Notes under the pieces: generated by a model | Database searches by the model: none | Seen by the model: the letters and a program-made list of their open reading frames with translations, nothing else | Told to the model about the DNA's origin: nothing | In this document: piece by piece, positions 15,734 through 27,700 of the stretch | How positions within the stretch are numbered: the stretch's first letter is position 1 | Layout of the letters: the number at the start of each line of letters is the position of its first letter | Position numbers and translations under genes: made by a program | DNA from: Octopus bimaculoides | Lineage: Eukaryota | Assembly: GCF_001194135.2 (NCBI RefSeq) | Contig: NC_068982.1 | Location: forward strand, 93,719,171-93,783,170 | Length of the DNA: 64,000 nt | Reading direction: 5' to 3'

Positions 15734-18700
15734 TCAGACTTCTTTTTTGCACATTTAATGTGTACAAAAGTAAGGTTGTTTTTTATGATCTTTGTTTATG
15801 GAAGAACAAAAGGAAACTTATGAAAGAGTAAAATTCATTCCTCCTCCCTGCCATGATAGTAATGATTTACAAATACTGTCCTAGTATTTGCTTTTCATCA
15901 GTAGCCAGAGATAAAAATTGAGATGGTTTTATTTCTTTGTAAATCTTTCATTTTAAAGAATTCCTGCATATATTGAATGTAACTCTTTATTTTTTTTATA
16001 GAAGAGAGATAAACATTTTTTTTTTTGTATCAGCTCCAACTCTACAATATTGTTGGGTGGGTGTGAAATTTATATACCTAGTAATTTATTTCTCAAGTGC
16101 TAGCTTGCCACCCAAAATGCAAACTCCCTTCCCTTGCCTTTGTAAGGAGGGGGTGTTTCACTAGCCATATGATATCCCTATTGGAAATAACTATGTTCAA
16201 TTTAGTCAGATTAGTACTTATGACTGCTGCTTTTAGTTAGCTGTCTGCTAACTAGTGATAATACTACTGCTGCCACTACCAACTTTTCTAGGTGAGCTAG
16301 TGGGAGAATAAATAAGTTTTGTATGAGTCACTTTCACATTAGTTCCCTCTAAACATCCACCATCATCCTCTTCCTTTTTCTCACTCCCTTCCTCCACCTT
16401 CTCAGATTGTGAAACAAATAACAAGTGACTTGGGTCCATTTTTCTCCCTCTTTACACAGCATATTTCTTGTGCTTACAAAGAAAAATACATTATTTGTGC
16501 TAAATCTCTGAACAGTGGTAGTAGAAGTTGTTTTGCTATCAAGCATGGCTGGAGAGATTCTACAGCCACATGATACTTAGAATATTATCAGTGATCATAG
16601 TAGCAGCAATGATAGAAAATCTAGCAGCAGTAGCATTGCAGATTTTTGGTATAAGACTATTAAGCCTTATTTTATTGGATTCTAAAAAGTTTTGTAATTG
16701 CTTTTATTTCTTTAATTATTGAAAATTCTTAGTTTTCTGTATCTTGGTCCTTCTTTTAATAATACATGATGTTACTTAGGATAAAAGATCTCATTTTTCA
16801 AAATAATTTAGTTATTTAAAAAGACTGAAAGCATGACATCTGAATACTTTTTTTATTTGAAACATCTGTTATCTTCTACTTTTTTCCTTTCTGTAGAATA
16901 GTTTTATTAGAATGTAAACAAGGTTTTCTCGATAAAAATTAAAATAGCCTAGTATATATATTATTCTATTGAAATAATTATTTTTCTATGTTTGACTCTC
17001 AAGCAAGCAATTTTAACAAACAATTATAGCCACTTTTAATCTTTATAGTCCAACATACCTTAACACAAAGTTCATAATAAATTATACTAGTTGATTTCCA
17101 GTTAGGAATGAAACATTTTGGACACTTTTTCTTATGGTACTTTTTGGTTATTTCATCCCCATTAAAAATTTGGATTATCTCCCCCAACTAAAAAAATTGT
17201 TTAACCCTCGATAAAACAAAAAGAAAAACATGAAAAGTAAAAAGATAAAACATCTCATTGAATCTAATAACATTTTTATAACAAATCATACTATGCCTAT
17301 TGAGGAGACCAAAAGTCAGTGTGTTGAAGTAGTGAATCAAATGGATCTAACCCATTTAATTCAATCTCTTGTCACTGCATAAACTCAATATTTTAGTGGG
17401 GAGATAACCCAATTTTTTAATGGGGGTGAGATAACCCAAGAGGACCATTCTTTTTTGGCAAGAAAGATGGAAACTAATACCATGGTTGCAGTGCACCTGA
17501 GCACTGTATACAATAAACTCATTACTATATTATGGTCATGGGAAGCAACCTTATTAGTGTCTATATTCTGCAGCAGTTGTATGAGCCAGTGTTTTTCTCA
17601 GACATGGGTACATAGGATAGTTGCTTGGGAAGCTCCAGTACTAAACCATGTATGATATGCTTATGTATGTTGGGACCCCATTGCATTGTTTTTCGTGGCA
17701 GGGGACTACAATGTTAAGATACCCCTGGTATTAGCTTTCATATTCTTACTTTCTAAAAAAAGAAAAAAAAAAAGAAAAAATTAAATACAATTGTCTGAGA
17801 CCTTCAATTTTTCATCCCTCATGACAAATCAACTCATTGTAATCCCCCCCCCCCCACTCCAAACTTTTAGCTATTAACATTTGAAGATTCTGGCTCAGCA
17901 GTTTCCTTGGATTCTGGATCATACATTATATTTGCATGTTGGCAAAATACCTACCAATCCGGTTTCAAGAGTATTCAATTATAATGCTGTAAATTTCTAC
18001 GAGTTGTTTGATCTTCAATTGGACCTGATTTAGCGGATAGACCTTTGATGAAAAAAAATACTAGCAATGCCCTCCCTTATATCTCATATTATGTTATACT
18101 GTGTAGTTTTAGATGTGATTTTTTTATTTGGTCAAATGTAACTCAAGTGAAGTTGGGCTGTTGTTTCTAATAGGTCAAGCCACCATGTAATGCTCCTCAC
18201 CTTTTTTGACTTGTGTAACTGTCTGTGTAATCAGTCTGTACCAATAAACATTTGATATCGTGTTTTTCCACTCATCTTTTTATATTAGCTTTTAACTTTC
18301 ATCACTCTGAGCCATTGCTAATAAAAGTTTGAAGTCATTCAGCTTGTGTGACTTTCTTACATCTTTAACATTTAAGCCGGCCATATCTGGCCCAAATATT
18401 CTATTATATAGATTGTACTGATGTATCTCAGCTTTTTTCAGTGAATATCTCTTATTTTAAACAATTATCTTATTTTCTGTTTTAAAAAGACACTAACTTC
18501 AAATATGTCAAAACATATTTTCAAATTATCAGAAGTTTTTCAGAGTTGTTTACAATTTTAATGGATGAGCTATTTACTGAGAGTTTGATAGATCCAATGT
18601 CAACAATTTTTATAATTGTTTTGTGAAAGTGTCATTCATGAAGCATAGTATATAATAATCACTGAGGTATTAAGTTTTTACAGTTTCATTCACAAAAGCA

Positions 18701-21700
18701 GCCTTGTTAAATTTTTATTCTCACTCCTTCCTCTTGCATACAATTTCATATACAATTGTTTTATGATGGATCGTAATTGACATCTGTTTTACATGAATTT
18801 TCTCATAGATTCCGCTTCACCATTTTTTTTTTTGTTTTTACTTGGTTTTTTGCTCATGATATTTCACATGGTTTTAGCTGGACCATTTTAGGATTGGTTA
18901 CATGTCTTTATTACCAGCTGCCATGTTGGTCATAGTGTGTTTATCCTGTAACCAGAATTAAGATAAGGAGTCTCTACTTCATGTCAGTCATGCTAATTAA
19001 TTATTTACATCTATTCAGTTCAAAATAATTTTGTCACTCAGAGGTTTGGTAGTGATTATAATTTGCACGTAGTTTGATATTGTTACGAGGCTTTCTATTT
19101 TAATGCAAGCAATAAACTCCCAGTGAAGTGAGCATACAACTAATTCTTTTCATTCCTAATACTCTTGAGTAAAGTAAGAACTTGCAATATGCCATCTTCC
19201 CTCTATCGTGTATAACACACACTCACATACATTGCATACCACTAATTATGGGTAGTGAAAAAAAGAGAAAAAAATATTTGGAATAAATGCACCAGCATTT
19301 CTTTAGGATATTACAATCCATGGGAAAAGTGTTTTAGTTGGATTTATAATTTTTATATGATACATTGAGAAAGTTCATGAGACCTAGACAAAACAAAAGT
19401 AAGTTCAATAGTAATTTATGACCTTTACTAGTGTAGATCATAAAAGTGCACCTACTGTTAACGTGACATTGTGGAAATCATCTTTTTTTATTCTGGGAAA
19501 TCTCATTTTGATAATGACGGTGTAGTTAAAGAGGTATTCAACTTTACTATTCAGTTTCTAGTGGTGCATAACATTATTGTGTTGTCACAAGAGAACAAAG
19601 TATATATATATATATTAAGCATACATATTTTACTTTTTTAAAAACCCATTTTTATTTTGTATCTTTTTTTTAAAAAGAAAGGAAAATCTTCAAATTTTTG
19701 GATTTTGAGCATTAAACATTCAGGTTCTAGTAATTCTTTTTAGTTTGTGTGTGTGTTTCTTTTCTTTTTTTTTTAAACAGAATTTTAAATTTTCAGCAAA
19801 TGAAAAAGTTTTTAAATCATTTCATTTAGGATTTTGTATTCTATTAATCTTTTGTTTAAGCCATTGGGCTACAGCCATGCAGGGTTTCCTTGAACAAATT
19901 GACCCCAGGACTTATTTTAAGTCTCATTTTATCGAACTGCTAAGTTAAGGTTTACACATAAACCACTTCAGGCTGTGAAGTCTTGCAGAAAGACACCTGT
20001 ACACAATAGGCTTCCACTCAGTTTCTACCTACCAAATTCACTCACAAAACATTGGTTGACCTGAAGGTGCCTTGCAGTGGGACTGAATCTGAAGCCATAT
20101 GGTTGTAAGGCGAACTTCTTAACCCTTTTCATACCAACCTGGCTGAGACTGCCTCTGGCTCTGTAGTACAAATGTCTTGTTTTCATAAGTTTTGAATTAA
20201 AATCTTCCACCAAACCTTAGTCACAATTTGTTCCTAACACCAGCTTATTGCTAAGTTATTTTACTAAATTCTTTGTTATATTTAAAGTTAATTGAAAGAA
20301 ACACAACATCTCAGAATAAATATGGTAACAAAAGGGTTAAGCACATGGCCATGCCTGTGCCTAATGGATCAAGGTAGTGAGACTGTGCCAATGGTTGCAT
20401 GAAGTTCTTACATTGATAGTTTGATGTCAAACATGAAGTAAGCTGCACATGGTTAAGCTCATACACTGTGTAATTTCATAGGGCAAACATTGTTATGAGT
20501 CTGTGCATAGATAGCATTAAATGTGTCACGGCTACCAATATTGCATTTATATTCTGATTGTTTCATATCAACAATTACAAAATTTTGTTATCTTTCGTTA
20601 GACATTTATTGATATGCTGTCTAGTTTATGTGAAATAGAAGGAACATTTGTAGGGAAAATGTAATATAGGTGATTTAAAAAAGTAATAAAACGTTTATCA
20701 ATTAAGCTTGTGCAGTAGACTTAACTGCTTTTCCTAATGTGATCCATACATGCAGGGATGGGAGTGGAGAGGGTTAACATTTACATATGTATAATGAACA
20801 CATTTAATTCTAAGTAAAAAGTGCATGTTCATCATCGTCATCTTTTAACATCCGTTTCTCATGCTGACATGGGTTGGACGGTTTGACTGAGACTGCACCA
20901 GGTTCCAATCTGTTCTGGTAAAGTTTCTACAGCTGAATGCCCTTCGTAATACCAACCATTCTAAGAGTGTAGTGGGTGCTTTTTACATGCCACCAGCAGA
21001 GGGTAATGATCACAGTCAGGCGGCCCTGGTAACGACCACACTCGAATGGTGCGTTTTATGTGCCACTGGTATGGGAACCAGCCAGGCGGCAATACATAAT
21101 AAATATGGTAACTCCTGGTGTCAAAAACCATGAATGTTGCTGACGGACTATAACATGGCAGTTTAAAGATCAGTTGTATCCAGTCTTTTTGAACTGAAAG
21201 ATTCTGGCAATACTCTATTACTTTTGGTAACTTCAGTGTTATGTTAACCCATTTTAACCCAGGTTAACCCTGTTGAAATTTTGAAGATAGGGATAACAAA
21301 CATACGGAAGCGTCCAGTTAACCTTTATTGCAGTAAAGAAACCAAATACAACTGTCCTCAAACGAGGACAGTGGGTTAATATGGGTTAAGGTTGTAAGAA
21401 CTTCAACAAACAAATCAATCATCAACTGATTCCTCATTTCTGGATGTATCCTTCTCTAGAAATAATAATTTGTGTCCATGTGAAGACACAATTATTTGTC
21501 TGTAAAAAAGTAATTACTGTTGCAGAATTTGTGGCATTGGGCTCCATAATTTGTAGTAATTAGTTATATTTATATTTTGAGTTCAAACACTCCCCAAATC
21601 TAATACAAAAATTTCATGTCAAATATTAGGGTTGATTCAATCAACTATACTTCTTCCCCAGCTCACTGGCATTGTGTTGGTGTTAAAAAAAAATGTAGAA

Positions 21701-24700
21701 GTGCTGTCAATGGTTGGCTCTCTGGTATGTTTTGTAATCTCTTAGTGAGCTGTGTTAACAATCTAGTTTTAATGCCATCATAATTTAAATGTTTTTTGTT
21801 GACCTGGATGAATTTGCTGCAAAATATATTGTTCTACCTTGTCTGTGAGGTTAAACATTATGAAATCTAATTTCTTTTCTGTCTTTTATAGTTTTCACCT
21901 ACCACAGGTACATCTACTGTTAAACACCTGACATTAGGTGTTATTTATCCCCATCTCCTTTCTATATTAGTACATTTGCCTCTTATATGCATCAATTTTC
22001 TTACATCACTTGCACTCCACTATCATACTCAGCTCCTCCACTTTCACACTTCCCTCTATTTTTCTTTTTCTGCCAACAAAATTACTTCTCTGAGTGTTTT
22101 TATCTGTTTATATTTTATTAACTTTATATTCACACTAAAACTCCCTCTTGAATTGTGCCACATAGACCAGAGAGATTCTTATTGTATAAACCACTTGTCC
22201 AAGTAGTTGATAGACTTCATGTCAAGGCCTCTGCCATTGCCAACCACTCCTGAATATCTTGGTCTTCTAAAATCCTGATTCATTTCCTGTCTGTTAGATA
22301 CCCAGCTACATTAACCAAATACTTTTCCAGGTGACACTAAAATCTTGCTGATAATAGGTGCTTCAGTTTTCGTAATATTGACTTTTGACTCTAGACCACT
22401 CTTACAAATTTGGAACAAGTAGATTTTTCAATGAAAGTCGGTTATCTGTATATGAGTTTAAGGACATAGTTTTTTTCTTTTTTCTTTTTGCCTATCATTT
22501 CTTACTATAACACGTTAAAATACGGTCTTATTAAACACTTAACTATACACTAAAACCTCATTAAGTGTAGGAGCTTGTTGGTGGTAGCTATAAACCACTG
22601 GTTATTGGTGCACACCACCTACAAATTTATGGATGAGTTCTGAGGTTTTTCATGACACTGCTTCTAGCACTGTTGTGCCTTATTCATGTATCATGTCTCA
22701 TTAGGCATTTAATTGTACAACACTGGACCTGTCATGTTAACAAGGACACCTGTATGAATTCACTTGGCATTCTAAAAATAGCGACTAAATTCTCTTGTAC
22801 ACTTGTTTTAACTCAATTACTCCAGTGTCTTTGACTGTAGCTCTACTCAATCAGGGTAAACCTGGAGTAAAATAAACAACCCCCAAAGCACTAGGTGTGT
22901 TCAAAATGTTTCTCCAGATGGACAAATGCAAAGAAGAATCGCTTGTTCTTAGCTAAGAACATTTTATTTATTTGTTTTCTTCGATTTTTGTCACAAGAAT
23001 ATGGTATTTACAGTTTCAACTTTAGATACAGACCCAAATTGGAATTTGTTCAGCCTAACTTTGTCTGCTATAAACTTTACTATGACACTTTCTATCACGT
23101 TCTTGATTTGCTCTTTCATCTTAAGGTTTCTTTAATTACCCATATCTAATGTCTTCATTTCCTTTTATTAAATGGTTTGATTTGGTCCTGGATGCATGCA
23201 CTGTGCTTATGAAAAGGATGGGAGAGTCAAAGCTGAAATGGTTGTCATTCTTCTTTTCAATCAAGACTCACCTGGTTCTAAACTACAACCTGATTAAATA
23301 ACCAAGAAAGTAACTTGGTGCTTTAGTTGGATGCTCTCAACATCTCAGCAACTTTCCACCAAGGATTTACCGTTTCCATTACTTTCATGCCCTTAATCTT
23401 TTTAATTAAACAATAGCTAAATTGTATGACTAATACAACTGGCTATACCCATTTATATTCATCCATCATCATCTAGTAGTTACACTTCCATGCCTTTTAC
23501 TTTTATGTTAATACAATTTTGAAGTATCATTCTGAAGCTAAACTTCAAATTAATTGCAAGTGGATTCGAAGGTGACAATTTCTGACTACAACAATCATAA
23601 GAATCCACTTGCAATTAATTTGAGGTTTTAGAAAATTTATAAATGAGCATCTTGCTTATTGTTTATTTATATCTCTCTTATAAACATGAGGCGTTATGCT
23701 TATTAGCTCAAACTTTATCCTTTCATTATTTAGTTTATAGGCTCACTGTATTCAGTTCAAATGGGAGTATACTTTGTTTTTCATCCCTCCAGAGTCCATA
23801 AAATACTAAACCATCATGTACATCATTGTCGAGTAAAGAGAATGTATTTTCTTTCCACCTTGTTTACTTTAACATGTTTTTTCACCCTTGAAAATTGCAT
23901 TTAACACTCAAACAAATTGCTAAAATACATTTAGACAGCCTTCATAATGTTGACCATTCAACTGTGGCTCATTACTTTTACTTGAAACATTTGCATACTT
24001 TAGGTTGGTCTGTTCTTCTGAAACCGTCACTGTATTGGCCATGCAAAAATGAGTTAACATTGTGTTACAACACCTGTGATCAAAACAGCAAATATATTAA
24101 TAAAAAAAATAGTATACAGAAAAGTTTTACATTTAAGTTGCAAGCAATTTACCCCTGCAGTTGTTCTAGCTGAGTTTAAACCAAATCAGTCTTAGAAATC
24201 TTGTTTGATTGTGAAGATCATGTGTATATTGCCTTATTCTTCATTACCCATTCTCCCCCATTCTTTGAACTCGTTAACTCATTTAGAAGTTAAAGCCATT
24301 AATAAACAGCAACTATATAATCTTAATGTGATTTTGCTTTTCTACCTTGCTTATTTACTGATAAGGGTTATCTTCAGAATTTATTTTTTTCAAAATATAA
24401 TTTGATTTCTCCATATTTGATGGCAATTTGACTTTTGAATAATGTAGTAGCAAGTATATTTGTTGCATCCACATGTATTTCCTAACAAGTAAACCATGTA
24501 GCAGGTGTTTTGGAATGCTACTTGCCAGCAAAACAGTGACAAATAAAGTCTGAACATGTGCTTGTTTAATTTTCAACAATCTAAGACTTTTCATCTTCAC
24601 AGCTAGCTACTCTTTAGAAGGGACAAAATCTTAGTGACTTTAAAAAAATTTAAAAAGTGAATTATCTTTGGGAGGCACTTGTGATATATACACACACACA

Positions 24701-27700
24701 CACACACACAAACGTTAAATGTTCTACTAATGAAAATAAAGCATTACCTTTATTGATAAAAAAATTGTTTTGAGCCTAAAAATAATGCATTAAATACTTG
24801 CAATAAATCCCATGTTACCTATGTGAAATTTACTAGTATCTACTACTACTTGAGTTGAAAGCCACTATTCTAAGCAGAAGGTTATGGAAATGCAATATAC
24901 AAATGAGTGGAAATAGAATATATAATATTTAACATAAAGATTACATAAATTCTTGTCTGTTATAACCTTTCCAAAGACAAAAAAAAACAACAAAAAAAAA
25001 CAAAACAAAACAAAAAACAAATATGTTTCTTACATAAGAGGTGGCATGAAATGAGAATGGAGAGTACAAATGAATTATTGTAGGCTACTTTGCAGATGTC
25101 CTCAATACTTGCTCATACTGTAAAAACACATGTGAAAGTACGATGCTGAAGTTGATGTTGGTTGAAATATTTAACAAAATATGCCAATTAATTTTAAATG
25201 GTGTATATGTGTGTGTTGTCTGCAACAAACTTGCCAATGTAAAAAATAAAATTATTAATTTTTATGCAGCATATAATTCTTTAATCTTTGTCAGAATTTT
25301 AGAACCTTTTAAGTGGTATTTTTTTGCATGCACTTCTAAGAGTGTGGTTCGCATTCTTTTTCTTTCTCGTTGTTGTTGGAACAATAGCAAAAAAAAAAAC
25401 AAAAAAAAAAAATCCTTCTAGGTCAGAACAATTAGCCAGGGTTTCTGACATAAGTTTAGTGTTGCCAGTTTGATGGTATTTATATTAGCATAATCTCTGA
25501 GAGGGACCAGTTGGCACAGAATTTACAACTGTCTGTATGTAATCAATGAGAACACCTCCCTAAAGTTTTTGGCACAGGCTATTAATATGGTATGAAAAGG
25601 TTGGTTTAGACGTAATTTCTATTCTGAGAAGCTGTGCGTTATTCTGATTTTCTAATCAAGAGTGCTTATTTATTTGGTATACTTTTGAAAGAAGTGTATT
25701 TATAGTTTATTAGTCATTTTAAAGGGGAGCAAGTATGCAAATATTTACATCATATTTGAGTTTATTAACGTCAGGTTTAATATATCTTTATGCAATTTTC
25801 ATGAGTTACCTTCGATTTTTATCAGTATGTTACTGTTGGTGTTTTTTTTTTAGTACTACATTATTTAAATCTTCATATCTGAAGAAAGATTTAGAATGTC
25901 TAAAAAAAACCTGGTATTAATCATAATTCATATGTTAGCTTTTTTTGTTTGTTAATTTTCATTTTTTGTATTCTCAAAAGAGTATTGACCCCAACCTTCT
26001 CTAATGGCCAGAAGTAAGCTTTACTCAGTTCATTGTCTATGAAAGAGATAAAAAGGTCAAAGAAAGAAGACCAATAGAAAAGATGTTAGCACATTTTATT
26101 GTACAAGAACACACAGTAACAGCTTCAAAATTTTGGGATTCTATTTTTTCATTTGGTATTTATTTGTTATATGATAATAGAAGGTGGCTAAGTACTGTAA
26201 TCATCAGTTTTGACTGAATAATCATACAGTGAATGTTCCATCATACTTTTTTGTTAGGTAACACCAAATGAATATTCTGTCATATGTTTTTTCCAATTAA
26301 ATAACACCAAGGTGAATAAAATATCAAGCCATGGCTTTGTATCATATAACAAAATAGTTTACTACTTTATGTTCTTCAATTAACAAGTTAACTTCTCATT
26401 TATATAGTGTCTTAATTATAAACTACTCTTCATTATTTTATTAAATCTGTAAATTTGTAATTAAGTCTGTAAATATATTTGGATTATTGCATTATAGTTA
26501 GCTTTCCTCTTCAATTAAAACACACATCCTCATTGCTTTAAGGTCCACTTTTCCATGTTCACATGGGTTGGACAGAATTTGTTAAAACTGACTATGTGGT
26601 AGTCCATAGTAGCAAGTATAGGTGCTATTATCATAGCACCTCCCTGCATTCCAAAGACATGATTTCTTTTATGTCACTGAAGTTTGCTGTCAGACTTTTA
26701 CTTTCTGATCTGTCCTGCATGGTTGCACCTACTGAGAGATTACTCTCTCTCCAGCATAACTAGGTCACGAGCAGGGTTTTTTTTTCTTGTAATAGATTTA
26801 AAAATAATATTTCCAGAATTTTCGTAATCACACCAACAGTATGTATATATGTGGACACTACTGGAGGGCTGTTGACTCTCAAGAGTTCTTCTACTCTTTG
26901 ACAGGTTTTGTATTGCATCCAGCTGGATGTTCAAATAGCAAATTAACCCTTGGTGGAGTTGCCAGTTTCGTTGCCATACACCTGACCATAGAACAGATTG
27001 TACTTGGTTACATGTTACTAGTAGCGCTGAGTGATCTACTAAGAACAATGCAAGGCAGTTCTTGGAGACAAGTGGTTAATGATGTTTGTGTGCAGACAGC
27101 ACATTGGCAGTTTGGTTTGCTAATGGAGGATGTATTTCATGATAGCTTTGGTTTTCTTGAGAATCTTTTAGAAAATTGTCGCTTGATATGAAACATTGCC
27201 ATTTGACAGCCTTCTCTTGCTTAAAATGGTTATTGTTGTTGTTTAACTTTATGTTGGCTCAAATCAAGTTCACCTATAATTAAAGGCAATTCAGCTGACT
27301 ATTCCATGTTTTTACAAAGTTTTTTTGGACTATATCATCTAATTTATCCTTCTTTTAAAAACAGTTCTGATTTGGAGTTCTATCTGTTATTTCTTACAGG
27401 CCAAATGACCACTCATGCCAAATGCAGTGCTGAATGTGTTACTTTATACATAATGAAAATGATACTATTATTGGGAGATAAGTTATTAAGACAGTATGGT
27501 CTGGAAAGAGAGCAATGGGATTGGATCTTTTTAGTCATAAAAAGTGTGTGTTATGATTAAGTTTGATAAATCAATGATAGTGAGAAATAGTCTATATAAC
27601 CTGCTGTAGAATATTATCAGATACATGAAATTTTACACACACACATGCACACACACTCTACAAAAAAAAAAAAAGGCCAGTTTTTACTTGCTTGAATCTT

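Noticed and set aside
18364-18680. Possible MITE starting ttaacatttaagccggccatatc
   Set aside because: No matching second terminus could be established
22250-23450. Possible decayed transposon
   Set aside because: Composition suggests one, but I found no assignable motifs or termini
27380-27560. Acceptor ttcttacag plus an 84-aa ORF as an extra exon
   Set aside because: A stop occurs in the phase required after 3375, and there is no similarity to MYPT
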